Assembly (NCBI GenBank): GCA_963849325.1
Contig: CAWKHF010000005.1
Coordinates: 928,001 to 992,000, forward strand
DNA: 64,000 bases
Direction: 5' to 3'
From: an uncultured Planctomycetota bacterium
Lineage (GTDB): Bacteria; Planctomycetota; Planctomycetia; Gemmatales; Gemmataceae
A program made the translations under genes and the position numbers. Below are positions 53,374 to 63,771 of this stretch, piece by piece; position 1 is the first letter of the stretch; each line of letters starts with the position of its first letter. The notes beneath the pieces were generated by a model, which had not been told where the DNA came from, searched no databases, and saw nothing but the letters and a program-made list of their open reading frames with translations.

Positions 53374-54717
53374 GTGAGTGGGCAGCGGCAGGCGGACGGA
53401 CGTTGGTACGAGGGCATCACCCGCTATCAATGGCTGGTGTTGATCGTGGCCTCGCTGGGCTGGGTCTTCGACGTTTTCGAGGGCCAAATCTTCGTCGCCA
53501 GCATGAACCAGGCGATGCCCGCGCTGGTGCCCGCCGGCAGCCAGCGCCACAACCTACCCTATTACACCAACATCACGCTCGCGGCTTTCCTCCTCGGCGG
53601 CGCTCTGGGCGGCGTCGTCTTCGGCCTGCTCAGCGATCGCATCGGCCGCAAGAGGACGATGACGTACACCATCCTGATGTACTCGCTGTTCACCTGCGTG
53701 TCGGCCTTCGCCGGAACGTGGTGGGAGATGGCCGGCTATCGCTTTCTGGTGGCGCTGGGCGTCGGCGGCGAATGGGCGGTGGCCAGCGCCCTGGCCGCCG
53801 AGGTCTTTCCGCAACGCGCCCGCACCTGGTCGCAGTCGATTTTCCATGCGTCGAGCGTGCTGGGCACGCTGCTGGCCGTCGCCGCCGGGGCGCTCATCGT
53901 CGCCAACCCGCGCCTCACCTTCACGATCGCCCTGCCGGGCGGCGACTTCGTCGTCACCGGCTGGCGCATGGGCTTTCTCCTCGGCGTCGCGCCGGCCCTG
54001 CTCATTATCTGGGTCCGGGTGAGTCTGCGCGAACCGGAGCGTTGGCTGAAAGCGCGAGCGGTCCCGGGCGACAGCACGCCATCGGTGTGGCAACTATTCG
54101 AGCCGGGACTCTTGCGGCGGACGCTGGTGGGAGTGGGGTTGGCCACGATCGGACTGGCGACCTTCTGGGGTACGCACATCTACGGCAAGGACATGCTCGA
54201 ACAGGCGTACAGGGCGGCGACCGGGGAAGAGAACGCGAAGGTCGTCAAACAGGTCGAGATGCTCGGCATGTTGCTCGTCACGCTCGGCGGCGGCGTGGGA
54301 CTGGTCGCCTTCGGGCCGATCTGCGAACGCCTGGGCCGGCGCGGAGCGTTCCTGTTCTATCACCTGGGCGGATTGGCGGCGGCCCTGCTGCTCTTCAAGG
54401 GACTGACGGGAGTGACGACGATCGGTGTGTTCCTGCCGATCTTCGGTTTCCTGACGCTGGGCATGCACGCCGGCTATGCAGTCTACTTCCCCGAGTTGTT
54501 TCCGACGCGCCTGCGGAGTACCGGCGGCGGCTTCTGCTTCAACGTCGGCCGTATCCTGGCCGCTCCCATTCTCTTCCTCAGCGGCTGGCTGCAATCGGAC
54601 GGGGGCATGAACCTGGGCATGGCCAATGCCGCAGCTCTCCTCAGCTTGTTGTTCCCCCTCGGCGCGCTGCTGTTGCTGTTCGCTCCCGAGACGCGAGGGC
54701 AAGATCTGCCGGCGTAA
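53374..54717 (+). CDS. MFS transporter (SHS/AAHS-like)
   Basis: G.LSDRIGRK, LGVGGEW, PELFPTRLR.T..GF.FN.GR; 12-TM pattern. Confidence 0.9.
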   Translation: MSGQRQADGRWYEGITRYQWLVLIVASLGWVFDVFEGQIFVASMNQAMPALVPAGSQRHNLPYYTNITLAAFLLGGALGGVVFGLLSDRIGRKRTMTYTILMYSLFTCVSAFAGTWWEMAGYRFLVALGVGGEWAVASALAAEVFPQRARTWSQSIFHASSVLGTLLAVAAGALIVANPRLTFTIALPGGDFVVTGWRMGFLLGVAPALLIIWVRVSLREPERWLKARAVPGDSTPSVWQLFEPGLLRRTLVGVGLATIGLATFWGTHIYGKDMLEQAYRAATGEENAKVVKQVEMLGMLLVTLGGGVGLVAFGPICERLGRRGAFLFYHLGGLAAALLLFKGLTGVTTIGVFLPIFGFLTLGMHAGYAVYFPELFPTRLRSTGGGFCFNVGRILAAPILFLSGWLQSDGGMNLGMANAAALLSLLFPLGALLLLFAPETRGQDLPA

Positions 54718-54753
54718 GGGCGAACCTTTCTCTCCGCGAGGAGTCTGACGGAC

Positions 54754-54957
54754 ATGGACCAGGACAAACGCCGCTATCGCCAGCTCAAGCGCGACCTGAA
54801 ACGGGCTGGCAATCGCAAGCGCCGCCGCCAGCTTCAGCGCGAACTGGTGGAACACCCCGAGAACGCTGGGCAAACGACGTTCGACTTTGGCCGTCACGGC
54901 AGCGCCGGACTCAACGGCAACGACCGCGACGCCACGCGACGCCGCGAAGACGATTAA
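54754..54957 (+). CDS. Small basic hypothetical protein (67 aa)
   Basis: GAGGAG RBS, typical codon usage; MDQDKRRYRQLKRDLKRAGNRKRRRQL. Confidence 0.65.
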   Translation: MDQDKRRYRQLKRDLKRAGNRKRRRQLQRELVEHPENAGQTTFDFGRHGSAGLNGNDRDATRRREDD

Positions 54958-56867
54958 CCCCCGGCCCATTCCAGCACGCGCGGGAACGGCACCTGATCGA
55001 GGGCGCCGAACAAGGGATGACCGCCGAGCTTTGCCCGCGATAATCGAGGCGAGGTCAGACCGCACAGAAAACGGGCCAGCGTTCTCGGCTCGGCGAACAG
55101 CTCTGGCCGCTCGCGGCGCAACTCTCCGACGCGATCCCGGAGCGCCGGATCAAGGACGGTCGCCGGACGCGGCGGAATGTCCGCCGGCCGATGCCCGTTC
55201 AAACACCAGGAACAATGGCCGCACGGTTTCGCCAGCGCTTCGCCGAAATGCTCGCCCAGGCGCGATACGAGACATCCATCGTTTCCGGCCCATTCCAGCA
55301 CCTGCCGGAGCCGACCGATCTCTCGCGCCTCGCGGTCGAGCGTCCGCTGGTGCAGCGTCCGCGCCATCTCGTCGAGGCTGGCCGGCGGGCGGCGGCGGTG
55401 GTAGCGATTGCGCACACCCTCGACTTTGAGAGTCAAGAGACCTTGTTCCTCAAGATATTGCAGAGCGCTGACGACCCGATCGCGCGTTGCACCGGCGGCG
55501 GCCGCCGCTTTCTCTGCGTCGATCGTGAACCACTTCACCGCCTTGACCGCCTGACCGAGCACCCTGGATAGAAACGTCCGCCGTTCGCCGGTGAAGCGCG
55601 CCAGGATTTCCGCCGAGGTACACAGCGGCTGGAACTGGTAGCGGGCGTAAAACGGCGTACCGGCTTCGAGGTAGCCGTCCAGCTCCAGATAGGTCAGCAG
55701 CGTGTTCAGCACGAGCGGGCGAAGATCGTGCTCGGCGGCCAGGTCGTACAGGCTGACGTCGAACTCGTCGCCGCGTCCGAAGACGTCGCGCAGCAGTCCT
55801 TGCACCGAGGAGAGGGCCGGCGTATCGCCGTAGACGAAATTCTCCAGGGTGCCCAGGTCGCGCGGACAGACGAACATCTCGCAATGGGCGGGGGCGTCAT
55901 CGCGTCCGGCTCGGCCGATCTCCTGGGAGAAGTTCTCCAGGCTCTTGGGCAGGTTGTAATGGTACACCGCCCGGATATCGGACTTGTCGATGCCCATGCC
56001 GAAGGCAATGGTCGCCACGACGACGGCATGATCGGCACGGGCGAACCAGTCCTGAATTTCGGCGCGGATCTCGTCGGCGAGTCCGGCGTGATACGGGCGA
56101 GCGGGCAGTCCGGCCGCGGCGAGGCGCGACGCCACGTCCTCGGCCGTGCGCTGCAGGGTGACGTAGACGATGGACGCGCCGGGGGGCCGGCTGCTCAGAC
56201 CTCGGATCAGGTCTTCGTCGCGTTTCTCCGGAGTCACGGGGGAGACGAGGACGGTGAGGTTGGGGCGATAGAAGCCGGTACGGACGGCGCAGGCTGGATC
56301 GATGCCGAAGCCGCGGCAGATGTCCGTCAACACGTGCGGCGTGGCCGTCGCCGTCAGCGCCAGCGTGCGCTCGGCACGGCAGGCGGCCGCGAAGTGGGCC
56401 AATTTGAGATAATCCGGACGAAAATTGTGGCCCCATTCAGAGATGCAGTGGGCCTCGTCCACGGCGAACAACGACACGCGGACGCGCTCCAGCGCCGCCC
56501 GAAATCGCTCGTTGTTGAAACGCTCGGGCGCGACGTAGAGCAAGCGGAGTTGGCCGGCGCGGAGGGAACTGGTGACGGCGGCGACCTCATCGGCGTCGCG
56601 CGTCGAATCGAGACGTTCGGCGCGAATGTTGCGAGCTTGTAAGCGCTCGATCTGCTCGCGCATGAGGGCGATCAGCGGCGAAACAACCACGGTCAATCCC
56701 GGCAGCAGCAGGGCCGGCAGTTGATAACACAGCGATTTGCCGCTGCCGGTGGGAAAGACGGCCGCCGCGGATCGACCGGCCAGCAGGTGGCCGATGACCT
56801 CTTCCTGTCCGGGGCGGAAGCGCTCGAAACCAAACGTCTGACGCAGTACGTCGTGGGCCGTGGACAT
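54954..56867 (-). CDS. recQ: RecQ family ATP-dependent DNA helicase
   Basis: FRPGQ, PTGSGKSLCYQ, DEAHCISEWGHNFRPDY, ATIAFGMGIDK, QEIGRAGRD, Zn motif CGHC..C. Confidence 0.9.
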   Translation of the reverse strand: MSTAHDVLRQTFGFERFRPGQEEVIGHLLAGRSAAAVFPTGSGKSLCYQLPALLLPGLTVVVSPLIALMREQIERLQARNIRAERLDSTRDADEVAAVTSSLRAGQLRLLYVAPERFNNERFRAALERVRVSLFAVDEAHCISEWGHNFRPDYLKLAHFAAACRAERTLALTATATPHVLTDICRGFGIDPACAVRTGFYRPNLTVLVSPVTPEKRDEDLIRGLSSRPPGASIVYVTLQRTAEDVASRLAAAGLPARPYHAGLADEIRAEIQDWFARADHAVVVATIAFGMGIDKSDIRAVYHYNLPKSLENFSQEIGRAGRDDAPAHCEMFVCPRDLGTLENFVYGDTPALSSVQGLLRDVFGRGDEFDVSLYDLAAEHDLRPLVLNTLLTYLELDGYLEAGTPFYARYQFQPLCTSAEILARFTGERRTFLSRVLGQAVKAVKWFTIDAEKAAAAAGATRDRVVSALQYLEEQGLLTLKVEGVRNRYHRRRPPASLDEMARTLHQRTLDREAREIGRLRQVLEWAGNDGCLVSRLGEHFGEALAKPCGHCSWCLNGHRPADIPPRPATVLDPALRDRVGELRRERPELFAEPRTLARFLCGLTSPRLSRAKLGGHPLFGALDQVPFPRVLEWAGG

Positions 56868-57016
56868 GGGCCGCTCCCGGAACGCAATCGGCAAGGGAGG
56901 AGAAGCAACGGCCCCACTCTAGCACGGATCGGACGACGCGGATACTGACTTTTGTGGACGGACGAGGTATCCTGACGGGTAGGGCAAATCTCACCTCCCT
57001 TCGGCGAGGTCGCATC

Positions 57017-58868
57017 ATGAAGAAGCTACTGACGGTGGGACTCCTGGCCGGCGTCATGCTGACAGCGATGGTCAACCCGGCTCGCGCCGTCGATCCGGAC
57101 GCCGTCAAACGGGCCGTTGATCGAGGCGTAACTGCATTGCGGGGTTTGCAGGGCGCCGACGGCACCTGGCGTTATCCGGAGATCGGCGCCACCGCCCTGG
57201 CCGGATTGACTCTGCTGGAGTGCGGCGTGCCGGCGGACGATCGGTCGGTGTCGCAGGCCGCCGAGGTCGTGCGACAGGCCGGCGTCACTCTGACGCACAC
57301 CTACTCGATCGCCCTGATCCTTCTCTTTCTCGATCGCCTCGGCGATCCGGCGGACGAGGCGTTGATTGAATCGCTGACCGTGCGTCTGCTGGGAGGGCAG
57401 GGCAGCACGGGTGGCTGGACCTATCATTGTCCGGCGATCCCGGAGAAAGAGGTGCGGCGCCTGCAGGCGAAGCGGAATGACCGGAAAGGACCGGCGGATG
57501 GCCGCGATCCTCCCAAGCCCGGTCCCGGTCAACGTGCGGGCAAGAAGTTGCCCGCGGAGATCCAGCAACAACTGGCCGCGCTGAGCCGAGCGGGTGCGAC
57601 CTTCGGCACCGGACAGAGCGACAATTCCAACACGCAGTTCGCCACGCTGGCCTTGTGGGTGGCCCGGCGTCATGGCTTACCCGTTGAAAAAGCCTTGCGC
57701 CTCATCGACGCCCGTTTCCGCACCAGTCAGAACCCCGACGGCGGCTGGGGCTACTCCGATTGGCGAACGGGACGCGGACCCGGCCGGCGTGCCGCCTCGA
57801 CCGCCTCGATGACCTGTGCCGGCCTGCTCGCTCTGGCGGTGGAGCATGGGGCGGCGCTGGAAAGCGCCGCGCGAAAAAACACGTCCGAGACCTTGGCAAG
57901 GACACCGCCGTGCGCAAGGGCTTACTCGCCCTGGGCACCGCGGTCGGCAATCCGGCCGGGGCAGGGCGCCGATGGGCAATGGCGGAGGCGTCGCGCGGGT
58001 GGGCGGACGAACATATTATTTCTTGTGGTCGCTGGAGCGTGTCGCCGTGGCGCTGGACTTGAAGACGATCGGCAAGAAAGATTGGTACGGCTGGGGCGCG
58101 GAAATCCTGCTGGCCAATCAACAGCGTGACGGCTCTTGGGATGGCGATTACTCGCCCGCCGGCATCGACACGTGTTTCGCGCTGTTGTTCCTCCAGCGCG
58201 CCAACCTGGCGCGCGATCTGACGTCCCGGATTACCGGCAAGTTGCAAGACCCGGCCGAACGGACCCTCAAGGGCGGCGGCGTCGGCGGCTCCGCCGTGCT
58301 CGGCGAGAGCATCGCCCAGATCAAGCCGGGCCTCGAAAGCAAGGACGCCCAACCGATCGCCAAGCCGCTGCAGGATCTCCCCGCCAATCCCAAGCCGCTG
58401 AATACTCCCAGCACGCGGATGGCGGACGACCTGGTGAAATCGTCCGGCTCGCGCCAGACGTCGCTGCTGAGCCACATGCGTGATGGCAAGGGCGTCGTGT
58501 TCACGGAGGCGTTGGCCTACGCGATTCCGCGTCTGCGCGGCGACATCCAGCAACAGGCGCGGCGAGCGCTGGTCGAACGTCTGACGCGCATGAAGGCGGA
58601 GACGCTGAGGGATTATCTCGAAGACGAAGACGCCGAGATTCGCCGAGCTGCTGCCCTGGCCTGCGCACGCAAGGAGAACAAGGCGCTCACTCCCCACCTC
58701 ATCCCGCTTGTGGGCGACGCGGATCGCTCGGTGGCGGAGGCGGCGCATGCGGCCTTGAAAGATCTCACCGGCCAGGACTTCGGTCCCGCCGCCGCGGCCA
58801 GCCGCGAAGACCGCGAACAAGCCGCGCGCAAGTGGCTCGATTGGTGGAACAAACAGGACGGCAAATAG
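57017..58868 (+). CDS. Secreted prenyltransferase/squalene-cyclase-repeat (QW) protein with C-terminal HEAT repeats; frameshifted
   Basis: QGADGTW, DNSNTQFA.L.LW, QNPDGGWGY, YYFLWSLERV, QQRDGSW, HEAT-like IRRAAALA. Confidence 0.75.
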
Positions 58869-58941
58869 TCCGCGTCCAAGTCCGTTCTTCAAGCCGCTTG
58901 CGGCTTGGCGTGCGCCCCGCAGCGCTAAGTGCCTCTAATAA

Positions 58942-59077
58942 AATGAACCACAGATGAACACGGATGAACACGGATAAAAGACAAAATGAGAGAAAGACAC
59001 CGGAAAGGGAGCGTTCCTCGCTAGCGCTTTTCTTTTTGTTTTGATCCGTGTTCATCTGTGTTCATCTGTGGTTCATT
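58942..59077. repeat. Tandem-unit inverted repeat family D, second copy
   Basis: AATGAACCACAGATGAACACGGATGAACACGGAT ... ATCCGTGTTCATCTGTGTTCATCTGTGGTTCATT. Confidence 0.9.
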
Positions 59078-59193
59078 ATTTTACAGGTTATAAGCCGCAA
59101 GGGGCTTGGGCGACCGACTCTCCCTTGCCATCCGCTGCCTTTGCTGCTACAAGATTCTTACGTTGCTTTTCGACGATCGGGGAGCTTGCCGCG

Positions 59194-59289
59194 ATGGCAC
59201 GTCGGACGAACCTGGCAGCCTGCATCCTCCCGGCCCCGCTGGCCGGTCGGGCTGTTCTCGTCGCCGCCGCCATCGCTGTCACGGGCTAA
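59194..59289 (+). CDS. Putative attenuator leader peptide, 31 aa (MARRTNLAACILPAPLAGRAVLVAAAIAVTG)
   Basis: GGGGAG RBS 9 nt before the ATG; Ala/Val/Leu/Ile run of 10 codons; stop directly abuts the antiterminator arm. Confidence 0.75.
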   Translation: MARRTNLAACILPAPLAGRAVLVAAAIAVTG

Positions 59290-59351
59290 CCGGGTCGTCT
59301 TATCTCGATTGGAGAACCACGACCCGGGGTAGCCCCCCGGGTTTTTTCTTT
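59290..59351 (+). terminator. Attenuator: mutually exclusive antiterminator and intrinsic terminator
   Basis: Terminator ACCCGGGG-TAGCC-CCCCGGGT-TTTTTCTTT (59322-59351); antiterminator CCGGGTCGT (59290-59298) pairs with ACGACCCGG (59319-59327). Confidence 0.8.
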
Positions 59352-59369
59352 CCCGCCTGGAGAACCCTC

Positions 59370-60719
59370 ATGCCGCCGGTGCCGCTGTCGTCGCGCTCGC
59401 AACGCACCACCGAGTCCCCCATCGGGTATTTCGTGCGCCTGGCCCTGGAAGATCCCTCGCTCATCAGCCTGGCCGCCGGCCTGGTCGATGAGGAGTCGCT
59501 GCCGGTCGAGGAGGTCGCCGAGGCGCTGGCCGAACTGCTCGCCCAGCCCACCGCCGGCCGGGCCGCCCTCCAGTACGGCACCGTCCAGGGTCATGGGCCG
59601 CTGCGCCGGCAGATCCTCCATCGCTTCGCCGCCGCCGACGGACTGCGTCCCGAGGACGTGAGCCTGACGCCCGACGAGGTCGTCATCACCACCGGCTCGC
59701 AGCAATTGCTGGCCCTGCTCGCCGACGTCCTGCTCGATCCGGGCGACATCGTCATCACCGAGGCGCCGACCTACTTCGTTTATCAGGGCGTCCTCCAGAG
59801 CGCCGGCGCCCGCGTCCATGCCGTGCCGATGGACGCCGACGGGCTGAACACCGACGCCCTCGACGAACTACTGCGGCGTCTGGATCGCGCGGGCGAGCTG
59901 GGGCGAGTGAAGCTGATCTACACCTGCGACTACTATCAGAACCCGACCGGCCTGACGCTGTCGATGCAGCGGCGGCGAAAGCTGCTGGAGCTGGCGCGAC
60001 AGTATAGCCGTTCGCATCGCATCCTGATCCTGGAAGACGCCGCCTACCGCGAGCTGCGCTATGAAGGCGAAGACCTGCCGAGCATCAAGAGCTTCGACAC
60101 CCGCAACGAACACGTCATCTGGACTTCGACCTTCTCCAAGCCATGCGCTCCGGGGCTGAAGACCGGCTACGGTATCCTGCCGCGCGATCTGGTCGGCCCC
60201 TTGCTGCGGCTGAAGGGCAATCACGACTTCGGGTCCAACAATCTGACGCAATACCTGCTGGAGCGCCTGCTGGCGAGTGGGGCCTATGATGTACACGTCG
60301 AACGGCTGCGCGACGTCTACCGCCGCAAGCGCGACGCCCTGCTCGACGCGCTGGCGGCGGAATTTCGAGATGACCCGCGAATCTCCTGGACGCGGCCGGC
60401 GGGCGGACTGTACGTGTGGGCGACCTTCCCGCCCGGCATGGAGGCGGGTCCGTCGAGCCGGCTACTGCGGGCGGCGCTGGACGAAGGCGTGCTGTACGTT
60501 CCCGGCGAATACGGCTACGTCGCCGACGACGGCGCTCCGTTGCCGCGCCACGAGGCGCGGTTGAGCTTCGGGGTGGCGACGCCGGAACAGCTTCGTGAAG
60601 GCGTCCGCCGTCTGCGCCGGGCCATCCTGTCCGCCTCTGCCGGCGCGAAGGACTGGGGAGTTAGTCACGGAACACCCAGCGCATCATCTCCCCCAACTTC
60701 GCCCCCTTGCCCTGCATGA
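59370..60719 (+). CDS. PLP-dependent class I/II aminotransferase (LysN/AvtA/MocR-AT-like)
   Basis: ISLAAG, ALQYG..QG...LR, TTGSQQ.L, QNPTG, EDAAY, STFSK...PGLK.G, RLSF; GGAG RBS. Confidence 0.9.
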   Translation: MPPVPLSSRSQRTTESPIGYFVRLALEDPSLISLAAGLVDEESLPVEEVAEALAELLAQPTAGRAALQYGTVQGHGPLRRQILHRFAAADGLRPEDVSLTPDEVVITTGSQQLLALLADVLLDPGDIVITEAPTYFVYQGVLQSAGARVHAVPMDADGLNTDALDELLRRLDRAGELGRVKLIYTCDYYQNPTGLTLSMQRRRKLLELARQYSRSHRILILEDAAYRELRYEGEDLPSIKSFDTRNEHVIWTSTFSKPCAPGLKTGYGILPRDLVGPLLRLKGNHDFGSNNLTQYLLERLLASGAYDVHVERLRDVYRRKRDALLDALAAEFRDDPRISWTRPAGGLYVWATFPPGMEAGPSSRLLRAALDEGVLYVPGEYGYVADDGAPLPRHEARLSFGVATPEQLREGVRRLRRAILSASAGAKDWGVSHGTPSASSPPTSPPCPA

Positions 60720-62009
60720 GGATGCCGACGCGGAAGACGCGGCCGGCGGCCCAGACGCACAGCATCGTCGTGGCCAGCACCACCACGGCGCCAACGACTG
60801 GCTGCCAGGTCTCGACGCCCGGCGGCACCGACTGCCGCACGATCATCAGCATCGGCGTAGCGAAGGGGAAGAACGATAGTCCCGTGGCCACGGAACTGTT
60901 GGGTTCCTGCAAGACACTGCCCAGGAGAAACATCGGCATGACCGCCAACATCATGACCGGCCACATCAAGTTCTGCGTCTCCTTCATGTCCGTGCAGGCG
61001 GCGCCGATGGCGATGAACAGCGAGCCGTACATCAGCGCCGCCAACGCCTGGAAGACGACGAACCAGGCCAGCAGATGTCCGGGAATGTACTCGGCGAAAC
61101 CGTAGTGCTGCGCCGACCAGTACACGCCGCCGAGGTAAACCGCCGTGATGGTCAGCGACACCGCCGTCATGCCCAGCAGCTTGCCGAGCATCAGGTCGAA
61201 CGGCCGTACCGACGCCAGAAGCACCTCGGCGATGCGCTGCATCTTCTCCTCAACCACGCCCTGCATGAGCGGCGTCGCACTCATCATGATAATCATGAAC
61301 ATCAGCATCATGAAACCCATCGGCACGGCCACCGGAGCGAACCGGCTCTGCAAGGTGGCGTCCTCGATTTCGCCGGTGATCGGGTTGCGCCGCGTCAACC
61401 CCTTCGATTCGAGCGTCACTGGCCGCATGACCTCGCGCACTTTCTCCAGCGGCGCCTGCAAGCCGGCCTCGCGGAAGCGGAGTTCCTGCACGCGGGGAGC
61501 CAGAAACGTCCTCATCAGGCGCGGGAAGCTCTCATTGGTGGGACGATTCGACTGGTAGCGGATGCCGTGACGGTCCTCGGCGTCGTCCGCGAGCGATGGC
61601 GGCTGGAGGACATCGGGACCGATGTCGAGGAAGCCGAACAACTCCCCGTTGCGAACGCGCTCGGAGAGGTCGGCGCGTTGTCCGGCCATCGCCTCAGGTG
61701 TATCCGCCGAGGGCGCCACTGCCTCCACGCGGAAGAACGGCTGCACCTGCTTGCCCGTCTGGGGATCGCGCGTTTGCGTCGGTTGTACTGCTCGACACAC
61801 GCTTCGATGGACGGATAGAGGCGGGTGCCGGGAGTGCGATCGACGACCGCGAAGCGCTTCTCGGCGATATCGTGAAAATCGCGTAGAAGCCACTGCACCA
61901 GCAGACTGCCGCCCATCATGACCGGCATGATGACCAGGCTGACGACGAACGCCTTGGTGCGCACGGCGGCCAGGTACTCGCGCACGGCGACGACCAACAT
62001 CTTACGCAT
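60661..62009 (-). CDS. ABC-2 type transporter permease (NatB/YhaP-like); one frameshift near 61775
   Basis: REY...VRTKAF, VVEEK..RI.EVLL.SV.P..LM.GK, P..TP..M..R. Confidence 0.85.
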
Positions 62010-62937
62010 GGACCTGGTCCTCCGGCGCCGCGGCCGCCTCGGCGGCGTCTGGCCGGGCGATGCGAACGAAGATGTCGTGCAGGGTGGGACGGACCAGCTC
62101 GAAATGGCGGACCCGGCCGCGCCGCATCAGGCCGGTCAGCACCTCTTGCGAATCCGCCTCGGCCGCCAAACGCAGCTCCTGCCAGCGGCCGAGGTCCGTC
62201 ACGCGGACGACGCCCGGCAAGTCCTCCAGCGTCGCCGGCCCGTCGAGGTGGACGCGCAGCGTGTCCCGGCCGTAGGCGTCCTGGATCGACTCCAGGGTGC
62301 CGTCGAGTACCTTGCGGCCCTTGTAGATCATGAAGATGAAGTCGCACAGCTTCTCGGCCACGCTCATGTCGTGCGTCGAAAAGATGATGGTCGCCCCCTG
62401 GCGGCGCAGGTCGAGGATCGCCTCGCGCAGCACCTCGGTGTTGACCGGATCGAGGCCGCTGAACGGTTCGTCGAGCAGCACCAGTTCCGGTCGCGCGATG
62501 ATGGTGGCGATGAATTGTACTTTCTGGGCCATGCCCTTGGACAGCGTCTCGACCTTTTTGTCGCCCCAGTCGGCGAGGTCCATGCGCTCCAGCCAGGCAT
62601 CGATGGCCGGCCGGCTGCGGCGAAAGCCTTTCAACTCGGCGTAGAAACGGAGCACGTCGCGCACCTTCATCTGCTTGTACAGGCCGCGCTCTTCCGGCAG
62701 GTAGGCGACGCGGTCGAGGATTGATCGGGCGTCGCGCCCTCCCTCGTCGAGGACGCGGAGGGTGCCGCGATCGGGATAGAGGATGCGCATAATCATGCGG
62801 AGCGTGGTCGTCTTGCCGGAGCCGTTGGGCCCGATGAAGCCGTAGATGCTGCCGCGCGGCACTTCCAGGCTGAGGTCGTCCACGGCGACGTGCTGGCGGA
62901 AGGTCTTGGTCACCTGTTCGATCGCGACGGCGGACAT
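62002..62937 (-). CDS. ABC transporter ATP-binding protein (NatA/YhaQ-like)
   Basis: GPNGSGKTT, YLPEERGLY, LSKGMAQK, LDEPFSGLDP. Confidence 0.9.
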   Translation of the reverse strand: MSAVAIEQVTKTFRQHVAVDDLSLEVPRGSIYGFIGPNGSGKTTTLRMIMRILYPDRGTLRVLDEGGRDARSILDRVAYLPEERGLYKQMKVRDVLRFYAELKGFRRSRPAIDAWLERMDLADWGDKKVETLSKGMAQKVQFIATIIARPELVLLDEPFSGLDPVNTEVLREAILDLRRQGATIIFSTHDMSVAEKLCDFIFMIYKGRKVLDGTLESIQDAYGRDTLRVHLDGPATLEDLPGVVRVTDLGRWQELRLAAEADSQEVLTGLMRRGRVRHFELVRPTLHDIFVRIARPDAAEAAAAPEDQVHA

Positions 62938-62996
62938 GCGTCTCCTCGGGGGAGAGTGGAAATGTTCTTTTGTTGATGGTATCCAGGGACCATCCG

Positions 62997-63050
62997 TCCG
63001 AGCCTGAAGCGTAAGCGAAGAGCAACCTTCGCTTACGCTTCAGGCTCGGA
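62997..63050. repeat. Palindromic repeat family B
   Basis: TCCGAGCCTGAAGCGTAAGCGAAG-agcaac-CTTCGCTTACGCTTCAGGCTCGGA. Confidence 0.9.
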
Positions 63051-63056
63051 GAGAGG

Positions 63057-63578
63057 CTATCCGTCCGCCTTGCGCAGCTGCTGCCACCACAGCAGCGCCA
63101 GCAGCGTTTTGGCATCGCGGATGGTGCCGTCGCGGGTCCAGGCCAATGCCTGCGACCAGGCGACGACTTGCGGTTCCAGCTGCTCGTCGATCTCCGGTCT
63201 CATGGTCCCGGCCGTCAGGTCCGAGGCGACGAACAGGTGCGTCCGTTCGCTCAGGATGCCGGGCGACGGATAGAACTCCAGCAGCTTGCGCCAACGGCCG
63301 GCCTGGTAGCCGGTCTCCTCGGCCAGTTCACGGACGGCCGCCGCCTCGATGTCTTCGCCCGGCTCCAACGTGCCGGCCGGGATCTCCCACAGTACTTCGT
63401 TGAGAATGAACCGATGATTGCGCAGAAGACAGATGTGCTCGTCATCCACCAGCGGCAGGATGGCCACGGCCCCTGGATGCAGCACGACGTCGCGCAGGAC
63501 CGTCTGGCCGTCGGGCGCCTGGCTGCGGTCCACGGCAACCTGAATCTTGCGCCCCCGGTGAACAATGTCCCATGCCAT
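63057..63578 (-). CDS. NUDIX hydrolase (ADP-ribose pyrophosphatase NudF-like)
   Basis: HPGAV, EIPAG.LEPGE....AA.REL.EETG, SPG, I.DAKT. Confidence 0.9.
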   Translation of the reverse strand: MAWDIVHRGRKIQVAVDRSQAPDGQTVLRDVVLHPGAVAILPLVDDEHICLLRNHRFILNEVLWEIPAGTLEPGEDIEAAAVRELAEETGYQAGRWRKLLEFYPSPGILSERTHLFVASDLTAGTMRPEIDEQLEPQVVAWSQALAWTRDGTIRDAKTLLALLWWQQLRKADG

Positions 63579-63771
63579 GACTGGCCTCCTGAAGGGTCGG
63601 CCGCTACGCCGAGCCTCGGCGGTGGAGCGGATGATTGCGTGTCCGTGCCTGCGATGATAGAATCACAACGTCGAAGAGGCAACGCTTCCACCGGAAGACA
63701 GCGCCGTCCGGCCCGTACGTGTCCGCGTGTCGGCGAGGGGCGAGGACGGCGGGAACTGGCGAGCTGCTGTG

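Noticed and set aside
60661-60719. 59-nt convergent overlap of aminotransferase and permease as antisense regulation
   Set aside because: The tail is low-complexity; such overlaps are common in GC-rich genomes or could stem from an indel
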